From positions 64,001-128,000 of IMG/VR virus record IMGVR_UViG_3300037067_013225: a stretch of 64,000 nt of DNA, one strand, 5' to 3'. The notes beneath the pieces are model-generated. The model saw only the letters and a list, made by a program, of their open reading frames with translations. It searched no databases and was not told where the DNA came from. The stretch comes from a virus (Duplodnaviria > Caudoviricetes). The position numbers were made by a program, and so were the translations under genes. Shown in pieces: positions 26,893-38,073 of this stretch. Each line of letters begins with the position of its first letter. Position 1 is the first letter of the stretch.

Positions 26893-29800
26893 ATGTTTGA
26901 GAAGGTTAACCTACAAACCGGCGCGAATATTTCTGCCTTATGTCTAAACAACATACAGAAATCGTTCGACATATATCTAATAAATCATCAACATGACGGC
27001 GTGGAAGCTCCGCTGATTGATGCAAGATATGTGGATACTGTCGGGTTAGACATCAACCCATTTAATCAGAGTCTCTATGATCATGCACATGACTATTCGA
27101 TACATTCTGCGCACACCGATACGTCAACCAATAATGCAGGTTCAGATAAATTAAGCGAATCCGATTATGTTGAGATCAATCTCATTGATGACTGCAATCA
27201 ATGGACGTTTAACGGATTGTATTGGGAAACATATGTTCGCTTGGGTGAAGCATACGGCGAACCATACATGGTTGAACTACAACCAGTATATGATGGTAGT
27301 TATAGCGATTTTTTCACCAATCTAAATCCAGGTTCTAATTTCGCGAATTTAGATGGTGTTGTTCCCCTAAACAACACCTTGTTAAATATTCATTTAGTAC
27401 CGTGTAATCTTACTTCCACGGGATTCAGTGTCCGCTTATATGCGATAGGTAAAGGGACTCGGCATCAATTAGTCTCTTATGATGAAACTTTGTTCGCCAA
27501 CAAACGCAATGTATATGTTGGCGAGGATATAGCTTTGCCCGTAGTGGGGAATCTTTCCGACGGCGAATTTGAGATCAACTATAAGGGTGGTTTCTCATAT
27601 CTGCCAAAATCTGGAACACTATCTATACGGGTCGATCTGATGCTGAATATTTCAGCAGCCGTTACTGCCAATCGTCGCGAACTTCTGACCGGTGATAGTG
27701 TACAAGCGTTGCCGTTTAATATTGGGCATAATGAATTTTATGCATTTTCCAGTTCTGTCGGTGCATCTTCTGGTATTAATAATGAAGAATTAAAACAATT
27801 GGGATATCTGACTGCGAAAGATATCGAAGTTGTATCGGATTATGGGCTAACTTATCTGGGCGAACAACAGCTAAGAAATATCTCTTTTGACGAGAATAAT
27901 CAAGTTTCCTACAAACAGCGCACATTCGATATCGTGGATCGTTTTAATCAGGAACTATATACGGATGATCTGATTATTCTTAAATCCGATCCATTAGCTA
28001 AAACGTTCATAGTTAATATTACAGAAACAGAGTTTACTCCAGGCTCCTTGGCTCTACAAAAAATACGTAAATTTAGCTTAGCTTTCGAAGATGTAGAGAT
28101 CATATCTAATAATGTTATTAAGGTTAAGGTTGCTGGTGGCAATCTCGTTCCACGTTTAGTTGATGGTTTCGGGAACATCGAATATAGTAATGTTTATCTA
28201 CAAGGTGCCTATGAGGTTGTGGATGATGAACACCTGATTGTTAAAAATGCCACATTTAACGGTATTTCTGCCAAAGATCTATATTATGAACCATCAGAAA
28301 ATGTCTACGTAACTATTGCTGAGGGTGATTCTGTTTATTTAGGTGATGAATCCCCTGTGTCGATTTTCTACGATGATCATAAAATATTGGCAGAAAATCT
28401 TCCCAATATGCCGTCATCTCATTTATTCAATGAAACCATTCAATACAAGACATTAGAAAGCAATATTGCGTCATATCCCAATCTTAGTGAACAATTTGAC
28501 AATTGGGATCAACAATATGCATATGCTAAGAAAAATGTTCGTGGTGCGTTATGCACGAGAATAAAGATCCGTCCCAAATTCTTTAGTATTTCTGAGGGTA
28601 CGACGTTTTTTATTCCTGGTGGCGTTTATATTCGTTTGAAGAAAAATATTATATTGATGAAAAAGGATATCATGACCAATTATGGTGGAACACAGGATCG
28701 TTTCATCATGGATGAGGGACTGAAAACCAACATCAATAAGGCTGAATGTTTCAAAACCCTAAACAGATTAACTTATCATAAACCGGATCAGGCGAGTCAT
28801 TTTTACACCTATTTGAAATATCCCCACATAGATGGCTCATATGAGGAAGCATACGCGGAGATATTTAACAATAACGTCATTAACTATTTAACGAATGATG
28901 TTTTAGATTTCACCAAAAATAGATATCTGGATCGTTATACAATCGGCAATAAATTTGATGGAGCATTCAGCACATATAATGCGTTATCTGGAACACTGAA
29001 ATCTTACCTAGATACCGTAACGAAACGGCGTGTTTATTATATTGAGAGTTTAGAGCCACCCTCTGATATGATTGTGTCTGGTGGCAATAATCCCGATATG
29101 GGGAGCCGTGTCCGAATATTGAGTTATAAGAACCGTCCACTGAATTATTTAGATTCATCCATTGAACCGCAAGATGTTGCGATGGTTTTTGATGATACCG
29201 ATACACCACCTTATGGGGCTTGCAACGATTTATTTCCGGTTTTTGGCACAGTTAAAAGTATTGTAGAACAATCAGACGGTATATGGAATATTAACTTATT
29301 TAGTCCCGCCGATGTAGACGGTGTGAATATTTTGTGGAGTGATGTCGTTTGTCTTAACGATATTCTCAATTCAACATTATTACCGGCAGATGCGGTGAGT
29401 TTAAATGGTGAACCTACATTCTTGTGGAAGAATCCGAAATCGCCCACTATAATTCAACGTGTGTATTGCTCCCTGTCTGGTACATCAACTACGAACAAAA
29501 TCCAAACATTGAACCATAAATATGGCGATATTCCATTTGGTCTGCAACTTTACGACGAAGACCCGACAGCAGATACAATTGAACATTATATGTACATAGG
29601 ATATAGCGTTCCATTCAATTATATAAAGTTTGTTATCGGAACGATACTTAGTGATCTTTTATTGCTTGGTTCCGGTGGCGTGGGGGATTTGGAATACGAG
29701 TATTTGAGTGCTGCCGGATGGTTGCCGATACAATTCCTATCTTACGATATGAACACCAATTGGGATGGCAAGGATTCGAATAGTATAGATTTCGTTGCCT

Positions 29801-32800
29801 TCTCTCGTCCAGATATGAGTGACGATAATCGGTGGTTGTTGTCTACGATTCCTGAGAATCCGAGTGAAAATAAATATTGGATTAAAATCAAAATTCCCGT
29901 TGAATCACATTCCGTTCTGTCATATGAAGATCGTAAAGATCTATATCCCTCATTCCGAGATATAGTCGTTGGTTCCGTATTCGAGGGGGAATGTTCCTAT
30001 ACGGATGGTACCATAACGTATACGTCAACTGGCACAACAACAGGGGAGATTAGGATTGAGGGGCAGGATTTCACAGCATCTTTGTGGGATTATGTTAAAC
30101 AAGGCGATACGATATTCTGGACGGAAGATACAACAGGTGTACGGCGAGTTGGCACCATTTCGGGAACATTCGTTGTTAGTCCCGATGGTGTTTCTATCGA
30201 TGTAAATACACAAGCAGATCTCTCAAGCCATACCATCAGTGAAATATCGATTAGGCGCAATCCATTCGCATTTGTCAAGAATACTAAGTATACTATAGAT
30301 AGGCACGTAAATACTCAGGATGCCAGAGAAAATAGAGCCAATCCGTTCGATCCAGTGGATAGTGCGGGATTTAAACGGAGTCCGGCATATTCAATCAAGA
30401 AACAGCAATGGCTCTTTTATTCGGATGATGCAGCACCAGATGTTTCTGCAACGGCTTTCCCCGCGATTCGAACGGCATATGATCAGTATGAGGTTGGTCA
30501 CTCACCCCAAGGCTCTACTGATATTGATAAACTATTCTTTGATGCTAATTTCATATTTACTTCAGTCAATCCATCAATAAAAGCATCTCGTGTAGACGAT
30601 ATTGTATCTAGTGGTGATACAGTGCGTCTAAATCAACGTCTCTGGATTAATCACTATGCTCCGGCGAACTCTCCATCTAACGATTTGGAACTTTACTATT
30701 ATATTTGCCGACCAGTTGATGAAGACAGATATTATTTAACCGTTATAGCCAACGATCCGTCTTTGCTACCGAATAGCGAGGAGGATCTGAGTGCTTGGAA
30801 TTTAGGTGCATTCAACAACAAATATGGTTATATTTGGAATGAAAATGTACCAATCTTATCCAGATTATATCCATACGAATTACCATATGGTTCGCCAGAT
30901 ACATCTTATAGTTATGATAACCATAGTTTAGATTTCAATCAGCGAATTGAACGATATCATAAAAATAAGAGTGATTCGTTCGGTGGAAACGATGTCATTG
31001 GGTTTATATTCGATACGAATGATATTTTTGAATCATACGATCTGAATAGGCCGGATTTCTACGGACTCACTTACACTCCGAATGGTCAGTTATGGCCCTA
31101 TACCACACCTGGTACGATTAATTTTGATACTGGTGGTTATTATCGTGTGGTTCTACCTATTCATGTAACGAGTTTTGGTGACATTTTTGATAATTATTAT
31201 GCTGGTTCCGGAATACATGGGGGGTTTTATTATTCAAAGCCACGAGCGATTATGACGAAGGAATATGCCATAGATAGTAGCGCTTATCGTGTCAGTTTGT
31301 TGGAATTCCTGAATTCAGCGACATCATATAAGCACGTTGATGATATCGTTAAGGAAGATGCTGATTATGTTATGTTGTTGGATGACACTGATAGATCTGC
31401 CGATATCAATAATATTAGACGTATCTATAATGGTGAATATGATGAATGTTCTCTCGTTATAGATACCAATAATGAACATTATCTGGACATGAGGATTGCA
31501 TATGGCAGGACGCAGGATGATTCGTCATCTATAGATCATTTTTCCGACTTATTAAACAATTTGGTTCCGAAATTTTTAGCGTCAAATAAGGAAGTAGACC
31601 TAGGGAAGAATGCGGATCTAAATGCGAGTATTAGCTATGAATCTCCAGTAGAATATACTATATCGGCGAACAGTAGTGCTAAATCTCTAGCCAATCTAAG
31701 CTTAGACCTGGGTGATGGTTTATATTGTTTTAGCGTTCCGTTGCAGAATATAAAGCATTATAATCCACTCTTGGCTGGAACTCTGTATGGTGTTGATGCA
31801 CAACTTAGCGATTCATATAAACCTGTAGACGATCTATTTAGTGGTGTTAGCGGATGTTATGAAATTACCGGCAAACGGGATTGGATACATCCGGAGAACA
31901 GTCTTATTTGGGCTTTTGGTAAGTTCGGTGGTCGTGCTGGATTATATCTCGCGAACTGGGGCGCAACTGCCGGATTGAATTATGTCAATGATACTTCGGA
32001 CTGGCATTACAAGATGCCCACGCTAACTTATGGCTTGTTAAACAAATTCAATGCCGTTGGTGACGGGACTGAGGCTTCTCCCGGTGATTGGAATATAGAG
32101 ACTGATAAGGAAATTGTAAGTTTGGATAAACTGATTGATTTCCTAAAAGGTGCCAGCGTCTTTGTCCGGGTTTATCGTTATGATAAATGGAATACATCGG
32201 ATGGTTGGCTTAAACCGGAACAAAATGAATGTTACGATGAGCGTTTTATCGGAATCATAGATAATGCGGAACCGATGCCTGTTGGCAATACCAGTTCGGC
32301 AATTGCCAAGCAATTTAAGGCGTTGCGAGTTAAAACGTCAGATCTCGCCAGAATAGATGTTTTGCCTATTGAGAGTATGACTACTCCGTTTGCTTTGGCG
32401 GATGATACGAAGAACTATCTTTTCCCGCCAGGTATGGGAGCTTATGACGGCTCTGCGGGTCGCGAGAATTGTATTGCTTGGGGACAGGGATCGGGTAACG
32501 GGTGGACATTCCAATATCCCATGCATGGTATGCAGGTATTGATCGTAGATGAGAACAAAATTTACACATTTGTTCGCAGCGGTGTTGCGGGGCAACATAT
32601 TTATAGCGATAACGGGAACACATCTCATTATACAGATCCGATGGGTTGTTGGACAACGGGTATTGTAGTTGATGATACATCAAATGACGCAGATTTAATT
32701 AGTGATGTTCTTCTGACATTCAAAGAGGAAGCTAGCTCTATTTGGTCGCGCACCGAACCGCACACCAAAGATGGCAATATTGCATACGATATAATCAAAT

Positions 32801-35800
32801 ATCATCTCCATGATTCTATGTACAGTGCGAATCAGAATCATTTGCGTGAATTAAACTGTTGGACGGAGACCACAGCCTCGGCTCTAAAAACTGATATTGT
32901 CACAATTCCCCAGATAGCTACAACTGCCGGTTTGACAATAGACTATCCTGTATTTGGTATCAAGCATGCAACTAGCGGATTTGCATCATCGGGCTATAAG
33001 GCCGATGGTACATTGGTTAGTTTTGATTATGCTAAATCACTAGATACGTATGGAGATATTGCGTTACCTTGTACAGATTTATTTAGCAATTTTGTGCGTG
33101 AGCACGGAGTATTCAGACTAATTCGGAACTCGTTTGATCGCGCATTAGATTATGGTATTCGGACAAGTTCTACAACTGATGGAACGCCGAATGTATTGGG
33201 AAGTGGGAGTTTTCCACTAGCACCGCGTAATGCTGGATCTGTTCCATATTTCATTCCTACCAATATCGAAGACCGTGTGTATGATGAATCTGGTTTTGCT
33301 AATTATGGGCATTTGAGTCATCATTATATTTATGAACTTGTTTTCAGAAAGGCAAAAGATGACGTATATAATGTTATTAATATTCTGGAAGATCCTGCTC
33401 GTGCGGAATTAATTACGTCTACGCCAGCACCCAGAATTTATAGCGCTAATTTTGGTGCCGGGTATAATGTGGAACCATATGCTAATACGGCCTATCACTT
33501 TAGTTCTCACATTCCCTCATATAATAGAGCCAACGCCAGATTATTAGTCTTCTTCTATAAGAACCAAGATACGGTAAGTATCGAGAAGTATGCGATTCAG
33601 GCTAAGGGATTGGATGCATATTACAGTGCGACATTAACCAGTTTGGTGGGAGATATTTCCAAACATAATACTTATGAAATAATGTCCTCAGATAGCACAA
33701 ATAATCAAATTACGATCTTAGATACCACAGATATAGTTTGGGAAGACGTATCTCGTCAATCTACAGATGCATATAATGTTATATTCGTTCCATATGGAGC
33801 ATCTGCCGCTGAATGTCCGATTTATCCCGGACAAGCGATTGTAGATCAATATAGTCCGGATAAAAATATCTATGGCTATATTGATAGCATCGAATACTTC
33901 GGTTATACATACAATAGCTCTGAAAGTCCTGGTGTTGATGCTGGAAGATATTATAAATTGAACCTATCCAATGGAAAGCATCTGAATGCTGGTACTTATG
34001 ATGTAATATTTACAGATATTCCCTTAATAACAAAAGTTCCCGAAGACTACACCAGACATGTATTTTATACGTGCGATTATACAGCCGATACAGTTTGGAT
34101 GAACAATCTACAATTCAACTATTATACTCGCAAGGTACTTAAAAATAATAATTCGGTTCTGTATGAACGTGGGAATATTACTGTCACCAATGCGGTATCC
34201 AATACCTATAAAACTTTTGTAAATCGTCATGGTTATACCGTAAAAATTACTCGCGGATTACCGAATTTCTTTAAACCGATACGGATTGCGGATATCTCCA
34301 ATACGGTTATCGCTAGCCAAGTATTTACTGGGACTAATGGATCTTTTTATCAAATGTTCCAGCTTGTCAATAACCAGATGTTACCCGTCAACTCTCGTGC
34401 ATATCAATTGATTGGTTCATTGAATACGATGTTTTTGTGTGTAGATGACACTAAAGACAACAACATATATCAATTGTACAATCCGTCTACGAAATCTATT
34501 GGTGGAGGTATCCCCAATACAGAAATTATTACGGCAGCAAACGTTTCGGAATTTGCGCCCATAACGCAATACGCATATGAATTTGTCAATCCATCTACCT
34601 ACGTATTTAGTATGCTGGACAAGACTTATACCATTTATCCTCCAGATAATCAATTAGATGAATTAGATTTCAATAAGTTAGAACGTGTTTGGGCTGGGAA
34701 TATTGGTGATCGCAATTTCTATTTGGTTAGTCGCGGGACTAAGGGATTCGGTGCGATAGCTGGACATCAAAATGTTAGCGTTGCCGAGATTGAGAATCCG
34801 CAAGGAACATTTTCATATGAGGAAACTTATCCGCAAATTACATTACAGGGAGATGCGCTAGATAATTTCAAAACATACGTTTATGAAGCTCCATCTGGTA
34901 TTCACGTCATTGCATTGGGGTTATGGTACGGTGATTGGCTCGAATATAACAAGACGAATACTAGCAATTTCCTCACCATATACGACTCGTCAGATCAGTA
35001 TGAATTCGATTACAACCATCCTATTTTCTATAAATATGCTACGCCTATGCCACATTTGTATGAACCTTCTGTGGCAATTTTGAGTAGTAATACGTTGGGA
35101 TTGCCGCATTACAGATATGACGAAGTAACTAAAAATATTGTTCCACTATTCGCCACAACAGATAAGGATGTTGATAATAAACCAAATCAATTTGGCCGAA
35201 CTAATTTCTTCCCCATACCGGATGATTTTGAAAAGCACACACTATACTTATTCCTAAATGAAAAAGCAATTATTAATCACAATCTCTATACTTACGACAG
35301 TGTTACGGGATCTCGCGTGGGTGCGGAAACTCAAAATATTTGGGAGGTCGTTGGGAATCAACTAGATGTAGCATTGCAGGCATCTATAGATGCAGGCTCT
35401 ATAACGGAATTGGAAAAGGGGAATTATAAAGTTCTTGTATTTAATCACCTTATTTCAATGTTGAAAAGTAATCCAATTGCTACTTTTACGTCCAATATTA
35501 AATTCAATATCTCTGCTAGCACACAGATGAAACTAGCGACATTTAATCTGCCATTTAGTAGTAATATCTATTTCATAGCAGGTTTGAATAAGGGATTTAA
35601 TATCGATTTGTCACCATTTGTATCTGGTTATTTTTATAGCAATGAAGATATAAACAAGTGGAATCGTAATCAAACTTTCAGTAATCTTCCGGAGCCACCA
35701 CGTCGGGATGGGAAACCAACAGATTTAGAAATGGTGGAAAGCAGTTTATCTTATGGTATCGATAGAATGTCAAATGAAATTGGCATGCAGAGCGTATATA

Positions 35801-38073
35801 GGGGTGTGGCGGGTTATTACGCCAAGGCATTATATACTCAGAAAAATGCGGACTGGGAAACGGTTATAAACAATCTAGCCGGATTCCAACTAGGTCCAAG
35901 CAAGATATTGGGCATGACGGATGCCAACGTTGACGATTGGATTAAGCCAGAATATCTTGATCCTACCAAGTATATATTTAGAATTTCAATTATCACCAAA
36001 CAATATAACGGCAATATCACAAGAAGTTTTATCCCCTCAAATATTGCAGATTTTAACTATTTTGAGCAGACTACTCCAGCATCCGGCTCTAATATTGTTG
36101 TTAATGCGGCATTAAATTGTAACAGTGCATTATTCGATCTCAACCAGTATGAAAAGGTCAGGGTTAAACTTCTTATAGAGAACGGTTCTCAGGCAACACC
36201 CGTTACTCCATATATCACACCTGCTGCCGATTATCAGTGGGTATATCTGGATGACGTGATGCTTGAGGTGTTTGAAATTACCGATCCAGTTACGAATATT
36301 TATTCTAATGACAGAATTGTGGATCGATCTGTTGTGTTTAGCGCATTAGATTATAACAAACTTACTCGTGCATTCGATATCAGATTGGATGATGATCATT
36401 TGAGATTTGTTTCCAGTCATAATGAATTTGCCAGCACTACATCTCCGGGCGATTGGTTTGGAGGTCATATAGCATCTGCGGGTGTCAGTGATACCAATCT
36501 GTATTCTTTCGGGGATCTAGATGAATTCGATGATGATCCTAACGGAATTATTCTAAATGATGGCAATATACCAGCATCATATATTGAGGATAGGATTACT
36601 AACGAGGAACTAATTGATACCGGAGCACCCGTATATCAGTCAAAGATTAATTCCACTATCGGTGTCGGGCGACGAATTAATTATGATTTGTGGAGAACAT
36701 ATCCATATGCAGAGTATCCTTTAACTAGTGATCATAGAGTGTTTAGGGGTAATGGTTCGTCAATCATGCCCACAAGCACATATTTATATCCACTTTCTGA
36801 GACGAAAACATATTCTCTAACGCTCAAAGATACTTTGTCATTACCGGATAGCATAACATTGGATAAGGATTTCTACTATTATGGTGATACAATAACTCAG
36901 GAAGATCTGTTGTTCTATCAAACATTCCAATCCGGCTATTGTGGTATATATCACGGATTCAGACCGAATGCAATGATTGTCGGTCGTAATGCACAAAGCA
37001 ATATGGAAATTCGTCGCGGCTTATATTATTTCGCTATTCCAAATTTACCAGATTATATGAGGTTGCCAAAATGGTTATTAGATAATCCCGATGATATTTA
37101 CTTGGAATGTTGGACGAAGGATGGTTGGCAGCGTTGTCCGATAGAAAAAAGATATCGGGACATCAATATTAGAATGCCGCATTTGCGTCACACACCGATC
37201 ACCAAATCTCGTCCATTCCAGGATGTGATCTATACGGAGGTATTGCCTCTGATTCCTGACGATATTTTGCCCTGCGGACCGGGAACATCAAATCCGTTGC
37301 CATTTGATTTCGGATACACTTTGTCCAATACGGTTTATTATCCCGGTTCTAATATCTATGATATGACAAAGCCGGAAGGATATCGTTGGAGACTATATAA
37401 GCCCGCCTGGGGTACCGATGTTGCGGATTTCAGTGTCCGGCCTATTGGGGGATATTGGTTTAGATTCGTTACATCTATAGGTGGCAATTGTACACCGGAC
37501 GAATACTTTGACGGACAACCCGATACTAGTTTGGCGGAAGAAACCGTGTTATCTTATGCAGTAACGCCGCCATCCGATCCTCGTATCGGTGACAAATATC
37601 TGGTTAAAAGTTCCGCAACTGGATTGTGGAGTGGCTATGATGATGCCGTAATAGAATGGAATTATCTATATAGTAATAGTGATACGGCGGGTTGGATACC
37701 GTTATCCGGATATTCACCGAGTTCACCCGGATTGGGTTATTCGATGATTTATGTTTTGGATGAAATGGCGTTTTATTCATGGGAATCTCCTGGTGGATGG
37801 ACGCTATATACGCCTGAAACAACTGAAATGGTTCCTGTTGCGGGTAATATTGAGAGTAGTACGGGCAGAGATCTTATTTTTAGAGCCTTGCATACGACTC
37901 CACCACAGTTTATCAATATTGCACAATCTGATTGTTGGATTGACGATGTTAATATTGCTGTATTGGACGAATCCAATTATGAAATCAAAATCGTTGTAGC
38001 CGGATATAAGACTGAAAATAGTATTAAACGATTCAAAACTGAAACACACAGTGTGTTGTTGGGCAAACAATGA
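26893..38073 (+). CDS. Giant (3726 aa) virion structural/appendage protein with two DUF2793-like modules
   Basis: Uninterrupted ORF. Fibre-like N-terminus TG..IS...LN.IQ...HQH. DUF2793-like segments near 32440-32570 and 37560-37800 (PPSDPRIGDKYLV..SATGLWSG). Confidence 0.75.
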   Translation: MFEKVNLQTGANISALCLNNIQKSFDIYLINHQHDGVEAPLIDARYVDTVGLDINPFNQSLYDHAHDYSIHSAHTDTSTNNAGSDKLSESDYVEINLIDDCNQWTFNGLYWETYVRLGEAYGEPYMVELQPVYDGSYSDFFTNLNPGSNFANLDGVVPLNNTLLNIHLVPCNLTSTGFSVRLYAIGKGTRHQLVSYDETLFANKRNVYVGEDIALPVVGNLSDGEFEINYKGGFSYLPKSGTLSIRVDLMLNISAAVTANRRELLTGDSVQALPFNIGHNEFYAFSSSVGASSGINNEELKQLGYLTAKDIEVVSDYGLTYLGEQQLRNISFDENNQVSYKQRTFDIVDRFNQELYTDDLIILKSDPLAKTFIVNITETEFTPGSLALQKIRKFSLAFEDVEIISNNVIKVKVAGGNLVPRLVDGFGNIEYSNVYLQGAYEVVDDEHLIVKNATFNGISAKDLYYEPSENVYVTIAEGDSVYLGDESPVSIFYDDHKILAENLPNMPSSHLFNETIQYKTLESNIASYPNLSEQFDNWDQQYAYAKKNVRGALCTRIKIRPKFFSISEGTTFFIPGGVYIRLKKNIILMKKDIMTNYGGTQDRFIMDEGLKTNINKAECFKTLNRLTYHKPDQASHFYTYLKYPHIDGSYEEAYAEIFNNNVINYLTNDVLDFTKNRYLDRYTIGNKFDGAFSTYNALSGTLKSYLDTVTKRRVYYIESLEPPSDMIVSGGNNPDMGSRVRILSYKNRPLNYLDSSIEPQDVAMVFDDTDTPPYGACNDLFPVFGTVKSIVEQSDGIWNINLFSPADVDGVNILWSDVVCLNDILNSTLLPADAVSLNGEPTFLWKNPKSPTIIQRVYCSLSGTSTTNKIQTLNHKYGDIPFGLQLYDEDPTADTIEHYMYIGYSVPFNYIKFVIGTILSDLLLLGSGGVGDLEYEYLSAAGWLPIQFLSYDMNTNWDGKDSNSIDFVAFSRPDMSDDNRWLLSTIPENPSENKYWIKIKIPVESHSVLSYEDRKDLYPSFRDIVVGSVFEGECSYTDGTITYTSTGTTTGEIRIEGQDFTASLWDYVKQGDTIFWTEDTTGVRRVGTISGTFVVSPDGVSIDVNTQADLSSHTISEISIRRNPFAFVKNTKYTIDRHVNTQDARENRANPFDPVDSAGFKRSPAYSIKKQQWLFYSDDAAPDVSATAFPAIRTAYDQYEVGHSPQGSTDIDKLFFDANFIFTSVNPSIKASRVDDIVSSGDTVRLNQRLWINHYAPANSPSNDLELYYYICRPVDEDRYYLTVIANDPSLLPNSEEDLSAWNLGAFNNKYGYIWNENVPILSRLYPYELPYGSPDTSYSYDNHSLDFNQRIERYHKNKSDSFGGNDVIGFIFDTNDIFESYDLNRPDFYGLTYTPNGQLWPYTTPGTINFDTGGYYRVVLPIHVTSFGDIFDNYYAGSGIHGGFYYSKPRAIMTKEYAIDSSAYRVSLLEFLNSATSYKHVDDIVKEDADYVMLLDDTDRSADINNIRRIYNGEYDECSLVIDTNNEHYLDMRIAYGRTQDDSSSIDHFSDLLNNLVPKFLASNKEVDLGKNADLNASISYESPVEYTISANSSAKSLANLSLDLGDGLYCFSVPLQNIKHYNPLLAGTLYGVDAQLSDSYKPVDDLFSGVSGCYEITGKRDWIHPENSLIWAFGKFGGRAGLYLANWGATAGLNYVNDTSDWHYKMPTLTYGLLNKFNAVGDGTEASPGDWNIETDKEIVSLDKLIDFLKGASVFVRVYRYDKWNTSDGWLKPEQNECYDERFIGIIDNAEPMPVGNTSSAIAKQFKALRVKTSDLARIDVLPIESMTTPFALADDTKNYLFPPGMGAYDGSAGRENCIAWGQGSGNGWTFQYPMHGMQVLIVDENKIYTFVRSGVAGQHIYSDNGNTSHYTDPMGCWTTGIVVDDTSNDADLISDVLLTFKEEASSIWSRTEPHTKDGNIAYDIIKYHLHDSMYSANQNHLRELNCWTETTASALKTDIVTIPQIATTAGLTIDYPVFGIKHATSGFASSGYKADGTLVSFDYAKSLDTYGDIALPCTDLFSNFVREHGVFRLIRNSFDRALDYGIRTSSTTDGTPNVLGSGSFPLAPRNAGSVPYFIPTNIEDRVYDESGFANYGHLSHHYIYELVFRKAKDDVYNVINILEDPARAELITSTPAPRIYSANFGAGYNVEPYANTAYHFSSHIPSYNRANARLLVFFYKNQDTVSIEKYAIQAKGLDAYYSATLTSLVGDISKHNTYEIMSSDSTNNQITILDTTDIVWEDVSRQSTDAYNVIFVPYGASAAECPIYPGQAIVDQYSPDKNIYGYIDSIEYFGYTYNSSESPGVDAGRYYKLNLSNGKHLNAGTYDVIFTDIPLITKVPEDYTRHVFYTCDYTADTVWMNNLQFNYYTRKVLKNNNSVLYERGNITVTNAVSNTYKTFVNRHGYTVKITRGLPNFFKPIRIADISNTVIASQVFTGTNGSFYQMFQLVNNQMLPVNSRAYQLIGSLNTMFLCVDDTKDNNIYQLYNPSTKSIGGGIPNTEIITAANVSEFAPITQYAYEFVNPSTYVFSMLDKTYTIYPPDNQLDELDFNKLERVWAGNIGDRNFYLVSRGTKGFGAIAGHQNVSVAEIENPQGTFSYEETYPQITLQGDALDNFKTYVYEAPSGIHVIALGLWYGDWLEYNKTNTSNFLTIYDSSDQYEFDYNHPIFYKYATPMPHLYEPSVAILSSNTLGLPHYRYDEVTKNIVPLFATTDKDVDNKPNQFGRTNFFPIPDDFEKHTLYLFLNEKAIINHNLYTYDSVTGSRVGAETQNIWEVVGNQLDVALQASIDAGSITELEKGNYKVLVFNHLISMLKSNPIATFTSNIKFNISASTQMKLATFNLPFSSNIYFIAGLNKGFNIDLSPFVSGYFYSNEDINKWNRNQTFSNLPEPPRRDGKPTDLEMVESSLSYGIDRMSNEIGMQSVYRGVAGYYAKALYTQKNADWETVINNLAGFQLGPSKILGMTDANVDDWIKPEYLDPTKYIFRISIITKQYNGNITRSFIPSNIADFNYFEQTTPASGSNIVVNAALNCNSALFDLNQYEKVRVKLLIENGSQATPVTPYITPAADYQWVYLDDVMLEVFEITDPVTNIYSNDRIVDRSVVFSALDYNKLTRAFDIRLDDDHLRFVSSHNEFASTTSPGDWFGGHIASAGVSDTNLYSFGDLDEFDDDPNGIILNDGNIPASYIEDRITNEELIDTGAPVYQSKINSTIGVGRRINYDLWRTYPYAEYPLTSDHRVFRGNGSSIMPTSTYLYPLSETKTYSLTLKDTLSLPDSITLDKDFYYYGDTITQEDLLFYQTFQSGYCGIYHGFRPNAMIVGRNAQSNMEIRRGLYYFAIPNLPDYMRLPKWLLDNPDDIYLECWTKDGWQRCPIEKRYRDINIRMPHLRHTPITKSRPFQDVIYTEVLPLIPDDILPCGPGTSNPLPFDFGYTLSNTVYYPGSNIYDMTKPEGYRWRLYKPAWGTDVADFSVRPIGGYWFRFVTSIGGNCTPDEYFDGQPDTSLAEETVLSYAVTPPSDPRIGDKYLVKSSATGLWSGYDDAVIEWNYLYSNSDTAGWIPLSGYSPSSPGLGYSMIYVLDEMAFYSWESPGGWTLYTPETTEMVPVAGNIESSTGRDLIFRALHTTPPQFINIAQSDCWIDDVNIAVLDESNYEIKIVVAGYKTENSIKRFKTETHSVLLGKQ